From Fimbriimonadia bacterium (GTDB taxonomy: Bacteria > Armatimonadota > Fimbriimonadia > Fimbriimonadales > JABRVX01): DNA of 64,000 nt. The position numbers and the translations under genes were made by a program. The stretch lies in assembly GCA_041483895.1 (NCBI GenBank), contig JBGPGO010000005.1, forward strand, positions 64,001-128,000, in the 5' to 3' direction. Positions 1-8,134 of the stretch are shown here, one piece after another (the stretch's first letter is position 1; each line of letters starts with the position of its first letter). The notes under the pieces are model-generated. The model worked only from the letters and a program-made list of their open reading frames with translations. It did not search any database and had not been told where the DNA came from.

Positions 1-327
1 ATCATTGACAGCTCCATTCACTGTAAGGGCATGACGGAAGAACAGGCAGTGGATCTGTTGGTAAAGGAAGTGGGATTGGAGAAGGTGGGGGCGCAATCGG
101 AAGTGCGCCGATACACGACCTCGCCCACGCAACCTTCCAGCTACATTCTTGGGTGGTTGGAGCTGACAGATCTGTATGATACATATAAGGCGAAGATGGG
201 TGCGGCCTTTAGCGAGCGTGACTTTCACGATCAGCTGCTGTCATTGGGATCGCTGCCGGTGGTGGTGATCAAGAAACGGATGCTGGCCGCTCCGCCAGTG
301 TCGCCGTTGCGATCGCTGGCTCCGTAA
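1..327 (+). CDS. DUF885-family protein, C-terminal part (gene starts before window)
   Basis: Frame open from base 1 (IIDSSIHCKGMTEEQAV...); motifs EVRRYTTSPTQPSSYILG and FHDQLLSLGSLP are typical of the DUF885 C-terminus. Confidence 0.8.
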   Translation: MIDSSIHCKGMTEEQAVDLLVKEVGLEKVGAQSEVRRYTTSPTQPSSYILGWLELTDLYDTYKAKMGAAFSERDFHDQLLSLGSLPVVVIKKRMLAAPPVSPLRSLAP

Positions 328-391
328 TCTATCAGCGGGTTCGTGCGGTACCCGTTCGGCAACTAGTCGGTGCGCACTCGCGGTTGCGCGG

Positions 392-1681
392 TCACGCCTT
401 CATCGATGAATATCTTCTTTGATAAGAATTGCGATGCTCGAGCTCGGTGACCAGCTTCAGAGTTTTTCCCGGCGGTGCGCCAAGGCGAACAACGATATCG
501 CCGGTAGCTTCCATTTCCGCTACGCCGGCGATTGATTTTCCCCCATCATCAATCCGATCCGGTCCGACGCTAAATATGGTCCAGCCAGTTAGGGTAGTCA
601 AGAGACGCAAGGTGGCTCGCGCCGGGTCAAAGGGATCGACCGGTCGTTCTGCGAGATACTCGGGAATCATTTCTTCCCACGAGATTGGATATCGGTTGTT
701 GTCCAGAAAGTAGATGCGCGCCGCCACAGCGGCCTGCAATAGCATTGCAAAGGCGCGATTTCGAGTATAGGCAAACCGAAAGCCGTCATACACGAATTCA
801 GTTCCCGGTGACAACAGCCAATCGATGGCCGACAGCCTGTGCATTGACCCTCTGTGATACGGCTTATGGGCGTCTCGAATCCCTGCGGCGGGAAATGAAA
901 GTTCTTCATTGCGTATTCCCTGTTTTCCCAGAATTCGACCAACCGCATTCATCAGCATCTTCTTCGGCCGTGATGCCGTAGACCCCACATAGCCGTGCTT
1001 GTTCCTCCAGTCAGGTTTTGAGAATAAATCGTCGAGGGCAGCCATCAGCCATCGTGCCTCCGACTCGTAAACCTCTTGGAGCGTGTCTGACTCGTGAAGC
1101 GTCGATGTTAGGGAATCGAGGAATGTTTGCAATGCCCGTCGGGACAGCATCTCAAATCGATTCCAAATCTCGGTTCTTATGACATGCGATATCGCAAATC
1201 CTACCAGTGCGCCGATTATCATTCCGTCGCGACCGACTTTGGATCCGAACACCAGTGCGTCAGCCAATGAATTTGCGGATCGGTCCTCGTCCAGTGCGAG
1301 ATGATACATGCGTGATTCAAGCAGGAGCAGTTTGTTGAGCGTACGCAGATAAGACTTCGGCTCCATGCCCTCAAATACCTTCGGACTATCATCCGCGCTC
1401 TCAAAAAAGAGTCCTTCCAGCAGCTTGTCGAGAGCGGGACGATTTCTTTCCACAACTATCAACAATTGGTCGGGATCCACAGCCGAGATTGATTCCGCAG
1501 CAAGATCCGCAACCAGATCTTCGTCGACGAGCAATGCCCCAGCTTTACGGAAATAGGCGAAGGCGTTTGGCTCTGGACGCGGTTGTGGGGACAATGTGAC
1601 GCCAGGACGACGCCAGCGCCAACTCACATCATAGAGGATCTCGTAAACGATCCAAATACCGGGGATACAGAGCCAGATCAT
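392..1681 (-). CDS. Membrane-anchored helical hypothetical protein with GspG/pilin-like C-terminal motif
   Basis: ATG at 1681 overlaps the upstream TGA (ATGA); N-terminal hydrophobic stretch, PNAFAYF, and C-terminal RYPISWEEMIPEYLAERPVDPFD...FSVGPDRIDDGG. Confidence 0.6.
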   Translation of the reverse strand: MIWLCIPGIWIVYEILYDVSWRWRRPGVTLSPQPRPEPNAFAYFRKAGALLVDEDLVADLAAESISAVDPDQLLIVVERNRPALDKLLEGLFFESADDSPKVFEGMEPKSYLRTLNKLLLLESRMYHLALDEDRSANSLADALVFGSKVGRDGMIIGALVGFAISHVIRTEIWNRFEMLSRRALQTFLDSLTSTLHESDTLQEVYESEARWLMAALDDLFSKPDWRNKHGYVGSTASRPKKMLMNAVGRILGKQGIRNEELSFPAAGIRDAHKPYHRGSMHRLSAIDWLLSPGTEFVYDGFRFAYTRNRAFAMLLQAAVAARIYFLDNNRYPISWEEMIPEYLAERPVDPFDPARATLRLLTTLTGWTIFSVGPDRIDDGGKSIAGVAEMEATGDIVVRLGAPPGKTLKLVTELEHRNSYQRRYSSMKA

Positions 1682-2193
1682 AGCGGCAAGGCCAATCCCA
1701 ATAGCCCACAAGCGATGATGACGAGGAGCGGGTTGGGCTTTTTCCAGATCAGAATCAGCGCAACCAGGGCCGCGAGGACGCCGGAGAGGGCGGCGAGGTG
1801 GGTTGTCATCGTCAAGCGAGTGGCGGTGGCCGCGAGGAGGCCGACGGCGGAGGACGAGGCACCCGAAACGGCGGCTTTGAACGCCGGCGCGTCCTTCCAA
1901 CGGGAAAGCTGCCGTTCTAGAATCGCAACCATCGCGACCGGGGCAAAGAACACCCCGATGGTCGCAACCGCCGCCCCGAACAATCCGGCCACGCGATATC
2001 CGATTACCGCGGAGATTATGAGATATGGGCCGGGGGCGGATTGCGAGATGGCGACCGCTTGCGGGAAATCGGCGCGCGTCAGCCAGCCGTGCCGAACCGC
2101 CGCACTCTCCACCATCGGCAGCGCGGACAATCCGCCGCCGAACGCCAAGGCCCCAATCCGCAGGAACTCGCCGAAGAGCTGCAAGAGAATCAC
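1678..2193 (-). CDS. chrA: Short-chain chromate transporter (CHR family), subunit 2
   Basis: FLRIGALAFGGG, AVAISQSAPGP motifs; GTG start overlaps upstream stop (GTGA). Confidence 0.85.
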   Translation of the reverse strand: MILLQLFGEFLRIGALAFGGGLSALPMVESAAVRHGWLTRADFPQAVAISQSAPGPYLIISAVIGYRVAGLFGAAVATIGVFFAPVAMVAILERQLSRWKDAPAFKAAVSGASSSAVGLLAATATRLTMTTHLAALSGVLAALVALILIWKKPNPLLVIIACGLLGLALPL

Positions 2194-2735
2194 GGCGACT
2201 TCCTCCGCACAGCCCATCCGATCAATCCGCCCCCAATCACAAGGAACGATGCCTCGAGACGAAACGCAAGGGAGAGCGCACAGCCGACCGCGGCCAAGAA
2301 CCAGGCGAACGGGTCTTTTAGAATCGTCCCGCCCAGCCTCACCACGGCGGCGAAAATCAGCCCGACCGCGCCCACCGCCACGCCGCGCAACGCCTTCGCA
2401 ACCCACGGATTTGCGCCAAATCGCAAAATGCCAATGGTGAGCAAGACCGCGACCATAAAGGAGGGAATGAGATAGGTCGCCGCCATGATCGTACCGCCCA
2501 ACACGCCCCGCAGATGGTATCCGGTGCTGAACAGGAGCTGCGGGCTGGTGCTGCCGGGGAGCGCGCGGCTGATCGTCAGGCTCTGGAGCAGGCCTTCCTT
2601 GGTAGTTACCTTTCGCCGATCGACCAGCTCGTGTTCTAGCAGCAATATGGCCGTCGCCGGACCGCCATACGCGACGAGGCCGATACGCAGGGAGATGGCG
2701 GCGAGTGCAGCTAGTGAGGGGCGATCTTCGGACAC
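2190..2735 (-). CDS. chrA: Short-chain chromate transporter (CHR family), subunit 1
   Basis: LRIGLVAYGGP, ISRALPGS, GYHLRGVLGG motifs; ORF-track N-terminal extension overlaps the patatin gene and is discarded. Confidence 0.85.
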   Translation of the reverse strand: MSEDRPSLAALAAISLRIGLVAYGGPATAILLLEHELVDRRKVTTKEGLLQSLTISRALPGSTSPQLLFSTGYHLRGVLGGTIMAATYLIPSFMVAVLLTIGILRFGANPWVAKALRGVAVGAVGLIFAAVVRLGGTILKDPFAWFLAAVGCALSLAFRLEASFLVIGGGLIGWAVRRKSP

Positions 2736-2743
2736 GGGCAATC

Positions 2744-3466
2744 TTACCTGCCCTCCAAGAATGTCACGGCGGCGCGATACCCGGCCTCGGCAATCGCCTC
2801 TCCGTCCGAGAACGAATTGGGCGAATAGCGCGATAGGTCCGGTTCCAGCATCAGGTCGCCCAGATCTTGGTAGCGGGCGAAGGGCACGAATCTGCGCAAA
2901 GTCTGCACCTCGTCGCCCCGAAGGGCCCCTTTCAGGAATCCCAGTTCCACAGAAACGATGGGCAGGTTGAAGCGGCGAAGCGGCGCGGCAGGCAGGTTGT
3001 CGGAAACGCCGCCATCCAGATATTTCTGTCCATTGATCCGGACGCCGCCAAACACGGGCGGCAGTGCGCTGCTGGCGGCGATCACCTGCCACATCGGCAG
3101 CTCCGGGTCCTCCATGTATAAGGGATAGCGAACGTCGTTGGCCGGCGCGACGCAGACGATGAACGGAATGCGGCAGTCTCCCATTCTCGCATCGCCAAAC
3201 AGTTTTCTCAGCCGCCGGACCAGGTAGCCGCCGCGGGTGAACACAGCAAAGAAGAAGTGGACGGTTCTCGCGTCGAGCAGCGGATCGAGGTCCATACCAA
3301 GCGCGTAGGCCCCACCGATAATGGCGCCCATGCTGCTGCCGGATATCGCGACGGGCGTCAGTCCGCGCTCCGAAAACGCCCGAAGAACACCAACGTGCGC
3401 CAGCCCCAACGCCCCGCCGCCGCCGAGGGCGAGGGTGAATCGGCAATCTTCGACAGGGTTTGGCAT
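2744..3466 (-). CDS. Patatin-like phospholipase
   Basis: Oxyanion GGGGALG, nucleophile GSSMG, catalytic DGG. Confidence 0.9.
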   Translation of the reverse strand: MPNPVEDCRFTLALGGGGALGLAHVGVLRAFSERGLTPVAISGSSMGAIIGGAYALGMDLDPLLDARTVHFFFAVFTRGGYLVRRLRKLFGDARMGDCRIPFIVCVAPANDVRYPLYMEDPELPMWQVIAASSALPPVFGGVRINGQKYLDGGVSDNLPAAPLRRFNLPIVSVELGFLKGALRGDEVQTLRRFVPFARYQDLGDLMLEPDLSRYSPNSFSDGEAIAEAGYRAAVTFLEGR

Positions 3467-3485
3467 AGCAGGTAGAATACTTCCA
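3467..3485. promoter_or_regulatory. Overlapping divergent -10 elements (putative bidirectional leaderless promoter)
   Basis: TAGAAT (+, 3473-3478) and TATTCT (-, 3479-3474), each 7 nt from an ATG; only 19 bp between the genes. Confidence 0.55.
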
Positions 3486-4682
3486 ATGCCAGGCCTTGGA
3501 CCAGAACGATTGAAAGATCGAAGTCCTTTCTATCCGGATCGGCCGGTACCACCCGAGGCGTTCATCGGCCGGGCCGCCGAGTTGGAACGCATGCTGCGGG
3601 CCGGTAGGCAGGTTTCATCCGGAAAGCCGCAAGCGGTTTTTGTTCGCGGAGAATATGGCGCCGGGAAGACGTCGCTCGCCCGCGCAATGCGGCAGCGATT
3701 CTTGATAGAACCGCGACTGGCGACCGTCTATGTTCCACTCGCCACCGCCCAAGAAATAGACGAGATTGGCGGACTTGTCGCGCGGGCGTTTCTAGAAGAG
3801 CAGTGGGCAGAACCGCGATTTGGCGAGAGGCTGCGCAACCTGTTTGCCAATTATGTAGGTGACCAGACCCTCCTCGGCATGTTCACGTTGCATTTGGACA
3901 AGTTGAGGGCCGATGGACCGACACTGACTCGGGGCATGCTTCCATTCCTAGTCGAGATAAACGCCCGTGGGCGGGATGCGGGCTATAAGGGCCTGATGGT
4001 CATCCTGGATGAAATCAATGGTTTGGCCGATACTCCAGAATTTGCCCGCCTAATCAAGGGGCTGTATGATGCGAATGCCATGCGGGAGGAGCCAATTCCT
4101 TTGCTCCTGGTGTTGTGCGGCACTCGAGAGCGTTGGGATGAATTGGTGCGCCATCATCCGTCGATCGACCGCATATTCGAAATCGTGGACGTTTCCCTCT
4201 TATCTGAGGAGGAGTGTCGCAAATTTTATACCGAGCGGTTTCGACATGTGGGGATGTCAATTGATGCTGATGCATCGGCCACATTCTGGGAAGCATCGCT
4301 TGGCCTGCCAAAATTAATGCACGTGCTAGGCGACGCTGCCTTTTGGATCGATACAGATGGTTGCATCGATTCCCACGATGCCATAGATAGTATTAAAGAC
4401 GCGACGATAACGATCGGTCGCAAGTTGGTCAAGCCACTGTCTGATACCATTCATGACAAGCAATACAGGACCCTCTTGGGGAGGATTCGAGCCGCCAATC
4501 GCAATGATTTCAAAGTCGATACGCTGGCCACCGGACCGGCCGATAAGAAGCTTGCGCAGTCGTTCCTGTCCTCCATGCGGGACCTTGATGCCGCAGAACA
4601 GTTGGACGGAGGATTCTGGCGACTGAGCGACACCCTCGTGTACGCATACATTCGAATGCTTTCGCGGGAGGATAGTAATTGA
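3486..4682 (+). CDS. P-loop ATPase (AAA_16/STAND-like)
   Basis: SPFYP..FIGRAAEL, Walker A GEYGAGKTS, Walker B VILDEIN; start placed at ATG 3486. Confidence 0.8.
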   Translation: MPGLGPERLKDRSPFYPDRPVPPEAFIGRAAELERMLRAGRQVSSGKPQAVFVRGEYGAGKTSLARAMRQRFLIEPRLATVYVPLATAQEIDEIGGLVARAFLEEQWAEPRFGERLRNLFANYVGDQTLLGMFTLHLDKLRADGPTLTRGMLPFLVEINARGRDAGYKGLMVILDEINGLADTPEFARLIKGLYDANAMREEPIPLLLVLCGTRERWDELVRHHPSIDRIFEIVDVSLLSEEECRKFYTERFRHVGMSIDADASATFWEASLGLPKLMHVLGDAAFWIDTDGCIDSHDAIDSIKDATITIGRKLVKPLSDTIHDKQYRTLLGRIRAANRNDFKVDTLATGPADKKLAQSFLSSMRDLDAAEQLDGGFWRLSDTLVYAYIRMLSREDSN

Positions 4683-6118
4683 AGGACCTCGCGCAACTGG
4701 CCCTCGATACCGCAACGTCGTATGGCGCCGAGTTTGCCGATGTTCGGGTCAATCGGTATCGCCGCCAACTGATCCAGACGGAGAATGAGCGGGTTGCGCG
4801 GCTGAACGACAGCGAGGACATCGGGGTCGGGGTGCGAGTGCTGGCGAACGGAGCGTGGGGCTTTGCCGGGACCAGCCGGCTGGACAGAGATTCCGTGATG
4901 CGCGCAGCCGCGGAGTCGGTGGCAATCGCGAAGGCGAGCGCAACCACCCTTCGCAAACCGGTCCGCCTATTGCCAGAGCCCGCCCATGTGGTCAACTTCC
5001 GCACACCCTATAAAATCGATCCGTTCGATGTGCCGGTGGCGGAAAAAATCGGTCTGCTGATGGAAGTCAACGAGCGGCTGCTGCGCAACAAGGGGGTTGC
5101 GAAGGCAGAGGGCCTGATGACGTTCCGCAAAGAGGAACGCCTATACCTGAACAGCGATGGGTCGGATTTGTCGTCCGAGGTGATGACCGTCGGACATGAA
5201 TACCGGGCGACCGCGGTAGGAGATGGCGACGCACGTTCACGCGGATACCTACCGCCGCCACTTACCACCGGCTACGAGCACGTCGATCGCGAGAAGATGC
5301 TGGGGGAGGCGGACCGGGTGGCCGAGGAGGCGGTCGGGCACCTGCATGCCGAGACATGCCCTGAGGGCGAGTTTGACCTCATTTTGGACCCGCACAACCT
5401 GCACTTAACCATTCACGAATCGGTTGGGCATGCGACGGAATTGGACCGGGCGCTGGGACATGAGGAGTCGCTGGCCGGACGGTCCTTCGCCACACCCGAC
5501 AAGTTGAATAATCTTCAATACGGCTCGCCGATTGTGAATTTGGTCGCCGACAACACGTTGGCGAACGGCCTCGCCACCAACGGCTTCGACGACGACGGCG
5601 TGCCGAACCAGACCTGGCACATTGTGCAGGACGGCATGTTCCGCGGCTATTCGACCAGCCGCGAGGTGGGCGGCCAGATAGGGTTGGAACGCAGCGTCGG
5701 CGGATGCCGCGCGGATCATTGGGGCAGCATCCCGATCGTGCGCATCCCCAATCTGTCGCTCATGCCGGGCCAGTCGCCGCTTTCGCCCGAGGAGCTGATC
5801 GCCGACACGAAGGACGGCATCTACATCGAGGGGCGGGGCAGTTTCAGCATAGACCAGATGCGGTGCAATTTCCAGTTTGGCGGGGACGCGTTTTGGCGGA
5901 TTAAAGATGGCAGGAAGGTCGGGATGCTGAAGAATGTTACCTATCAGGCGAACACCACAGACTTTTGGAACGCATGCGACGCGATTTGCGATCACCGGTT
6001 TTGGGTGCAGAACGGAACGCTGAACTGCGGCAAAGGCGACCCGTCGCAGATCAACCAGATGTCGCATGGCGCGGCGACGGCGCGATTTCGAAAGATCCGA
6101 ATCCGCCCGGCACGGTGA
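4679..6118 (+). CDS. tldD: TldD/PmbA-family metalloprotease (TldD-like)
   Basis: GVGVRVLANGAWGFA, HESVGHATELDR zinc motif, CGKG near the C-terminus. Confidence 0.9.
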   Translation: MKDLAQLALDTATSYGAEFADVRVNRYRRQLIQTENERVARLNDSEDIGVGVRVLANGAWGFAGTSRLDRDSVMRAAAESVAIAKASATTLRKPVRLLPEPAHVVNFRTPYKIDPFDVPVAEKIGLLMEVNERLLRNKGVAKAEGLMTFRKEERLYLNSDGSDLSSEVMTVGHEYRATAVGDGDARSRGYLPPPLTTGYEHVDREKMLGEADRVAEEAVGHLHAETCPEGEFDLILDPHNLHLTIHESVGHATELDRALGHEESLAGRSFATPDKLNNLQYGSPIVNLVADNTLANGLATNGFDDDGVPNQTWHIVQDGMFRGYSTSREVGGQIGLERSVGGCRADHWGSIPIVRIPNLSLMPGQSPLSPEELIADTKDGIYIEGRGSFSIDQMRCNFQFGGDAFWRIKDGRKVGMLKNVTYQANTTDFWNACDAICDHRFWVQNGTLNCGKGDPSQINQMSHGAATARFRKIRIRPAR

Positions 6119-6165
6119 TACGACCCCGCGATCTGAGTTCGCGCAGCTACGGTTTCTCCATTTTT

Positions 6166-6191
6166 TCCCTTCACAATGGGGATTGTGATGG
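6166..6191. repeat. Degenerate copy of CTTCACARTnnnAYTGTGAAGGGA palindromic repeat
   Basis: tcccttcacaatggggattgtgatgg; related copies at 11967, 12012, 34393, 34461. Confidence 0.55.
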
Positions 6192-6222
6192 CAAAATCAA
6201 CTCAAAACGTCTTCTTGGAATC

Positions 6223-6249
6223 GGCGATCCCGATGGAATCGGGATCGCC
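6223..6249. repeat. Perfect 12-bp hairpin between convergent genes
   Basis: ggcgatcccgat-gga-atcgggatcgcc. Confidence 0.6.
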
Positions 6250-6431
6250 TCACTCCCTGCAAAACCGAGGGTGGTTCCCGGTTTCCCGATTATCACCTCG
6301 GAAAAGTTTCGTCAAATTTGACATAGCTTTTTATGCAATCCTGTGGCCACAGTTGGGGGATATTGTACCAGGAGATATAGACGATTGTCTACTCTTTGGG
6401 ACTTTTGGGCCACGGGCACTTTCAACTCACG

Positions 6432-7484
6432 TCATTGACAGTCTGGCGCAAGGATCATACGAAGACCAATCTGCAAGGAAATGTGCCCGGAGAAGCTGTC
6501 GTGCGGAAGGGATCGCGCTTCATCGGCACTACAGCGGACTTCTCGAATACGAACTGCAGGGTCGTCTGGATCATACGTTGTTCGAAAGCCAATTGAAGTG
6601 TCCACGGAATCGACACGTCCGAAATCCGGTAATCGCCAGAGTTCGCGCTCAACGCCCCAGTTGGGGCTGCGCCAGATGATCGGCCATCCGTCGTCGAGTA
6701 GACCAACGTCGCTGAAACGCTCAATATCGACTGCTTCTTCAGGGGTCATTAGCTGTAGCTGTTCGACTGGCGGCGGCGCATCCACTGCCGGCGCAAAAAA
6801 GAATCCAGCCAAAATCCCCTTGAGGTTGACTCGAGCAATGATCCCGACGGCGAATCCATCGCCCTTGTCGAAAGGCACTAGTATCCAGTCCCCTTCCAAA
6901 TAACACTTACGATCTCGCCGCACAACGGCAGTCGGTCTGACAAGCCGCCGCTGTGGTGAAAGAGGCAAGAGCTCTTGCAGCTGTTCCAGCCATCTCGTGC
7001 GATCGGTCTCGAATAGCGGATGGAGGACAGTGCCATCAGGCCGATTCCAAGCCGTGATCAGACCTTCGATCGTCCAAACTGTCTCTAGCATTGGGAAAAC
7101 ATGCCTGTTCAGAAGTTTGACCTCGTCACTCGCGGTTGCTTCCGCCTCGGCTTCGCTCTGAATTTCCCATGTTAGAGATGTCGGCTCCGGTAGGAACTCT
7201 TCAATTCGACGTTGAACGTGGCATCGCATCGCCGATGGCGGAAAGTCCGGCCATCCCCTCAGGCGATTGAGAGGAATATAGCAAACTCCTATGACTACAC
7301 TAATGATTACGCGATCTCTATTATTGATTAAGCGATCTCTTGCTGAAACATATTCTCGCTTCTGGCTGATATAGTGGACCATCTCGCGGGTCTGTCGCCT
7401 CAGACTCGTGCCGACTTTGCGGTAACCCATTTCATCGCCGATAGAGAGCAAGTGATCAAGTAAATTATCGATGTATCGCTTCAT
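6432..7484 (-). CDS. Two-domain immunity protein: DUF4304-like N-terminal domain fused to Imm26-like domain
   Basis: C-terminal EGDWILVPFDKGDGFAVGIIARV..GFFF..FSDVGLLDDGWPII..LPDFGRVD resembles Imm26; N-terminal half has a DUF4304-like pattern; lies downstream of a toxin fragment. Confidence 0.65.
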   Translation of the reverse strand: MKRYIDNLLDHLLSIGDEMGYRKVGTSLRRQTREMVHYISQKREYVSARDRLINNRDRVIISVVIGVCYIPLNRLRGWPDFPPSAMRCHVQRRIEEFLPEPTSLTWEIQSEAEAEATASDEVKLLNRHVFPMLETVWTIEGLITAWNRPDGTVLHPLFETDRTRWLEQLQELLPLSPQRRLVRPTAVVRRDRKCYLEGDWILVPFDKGDGFAVGIIARVNLKGILAGFFFAPAVDAPPPVEQLQLMTPEEAVDIERFSDVGLLDDGWPIIWRSPNWGVERELWRLPDFGRVDSVDTSIGFRTTYDPDDPAVRIREVRCSADEARSLPHDSFSGHISLQIGLRMILAPDCQ

Positions 7485-7612
7485 GATTGTGGACCATCCG
7501 TTTCATTGGCAAAAGGAGTATGCTCTCCATAAGCTTAATGGTAGCATTGGCTACTGCCACCGACCAAATATCTGCCGAACAATACTCGCTATTGTTGCGA
7601 GAACCGGACCCA

Positions 7613-8107
7613 TCATAGTTTTCGACCCGCCCGCATAAACCTACCGCGCATCGGGTTTAGCGGAGATATGGGATCAATCTTGTTCAGTGGCGGTCGATAC
7701 ATCTCGTGAATGATCTGCTCGCGACCTCGCATTGCATTGTAGCTTGTTGTTTCCCTGTCAATTTCGAATTCGAGTCCTGGGAACTCGCGCCTGTGTTCCG
7801 CTTCACGACGGATGAAATTCCTGGTTCTACCAGTCCTCATGACCTGGCCGGTTACCTTGTCAACCAGCTTGTAGGTACCGGAATTGATTAGACGAGATGC
7901 AGAGCCAATGCTCCTGCCTTCTGCATTCGCGAGGCCGAGTACATCCTCAGCCGCTCCGGCTACGCTGACGCCTCCGCGAGCAAGACCCGCAACAGAACCG
8001 ATCGAGCTGATGGCGATGAACGCGCCTCCACCGGCTCCCTCGGCGATTGCTCGACGGACCCGCGGCTGCAGGGATTGCGTTTTTCCAATGCCGGCTAGAA
8101 GCCAGCG
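7613..8107 (-). pseudogene. Orphan polymorphic-toxin C-terminal fragment (Gly/Ala-rich pre-toxin region + URI/GIY-YIG-like nuclease tip)
   Basis: Frame open from 8107 with no ATG until 7840: ...GAGGGAFIAISSIGSVAGLARGG...SGTYKLVDKVTGQVMRTGRTRNFIRREAEH...RGREQ..PPLNKIDPISP. Confidence 0.65.
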
Positions 8108-8134
8108 TTACAGAATCGGTATAATTTCTGTATC

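Noticed and set aside
1583..3446. Long ORF-track calls 1583..2440(+) and N-terminal extensions of 392..1900, 1678..2406, 2190..3446
   Set aside because: They overlap neighbouring real genes; overlapping stop/start junctions define shorter starts
6176..6679. 167-aa plus-strand ORF
   Set aside because: Begins inside a repeat, overlaps the immunity gene antisense, and has no recognisable motif
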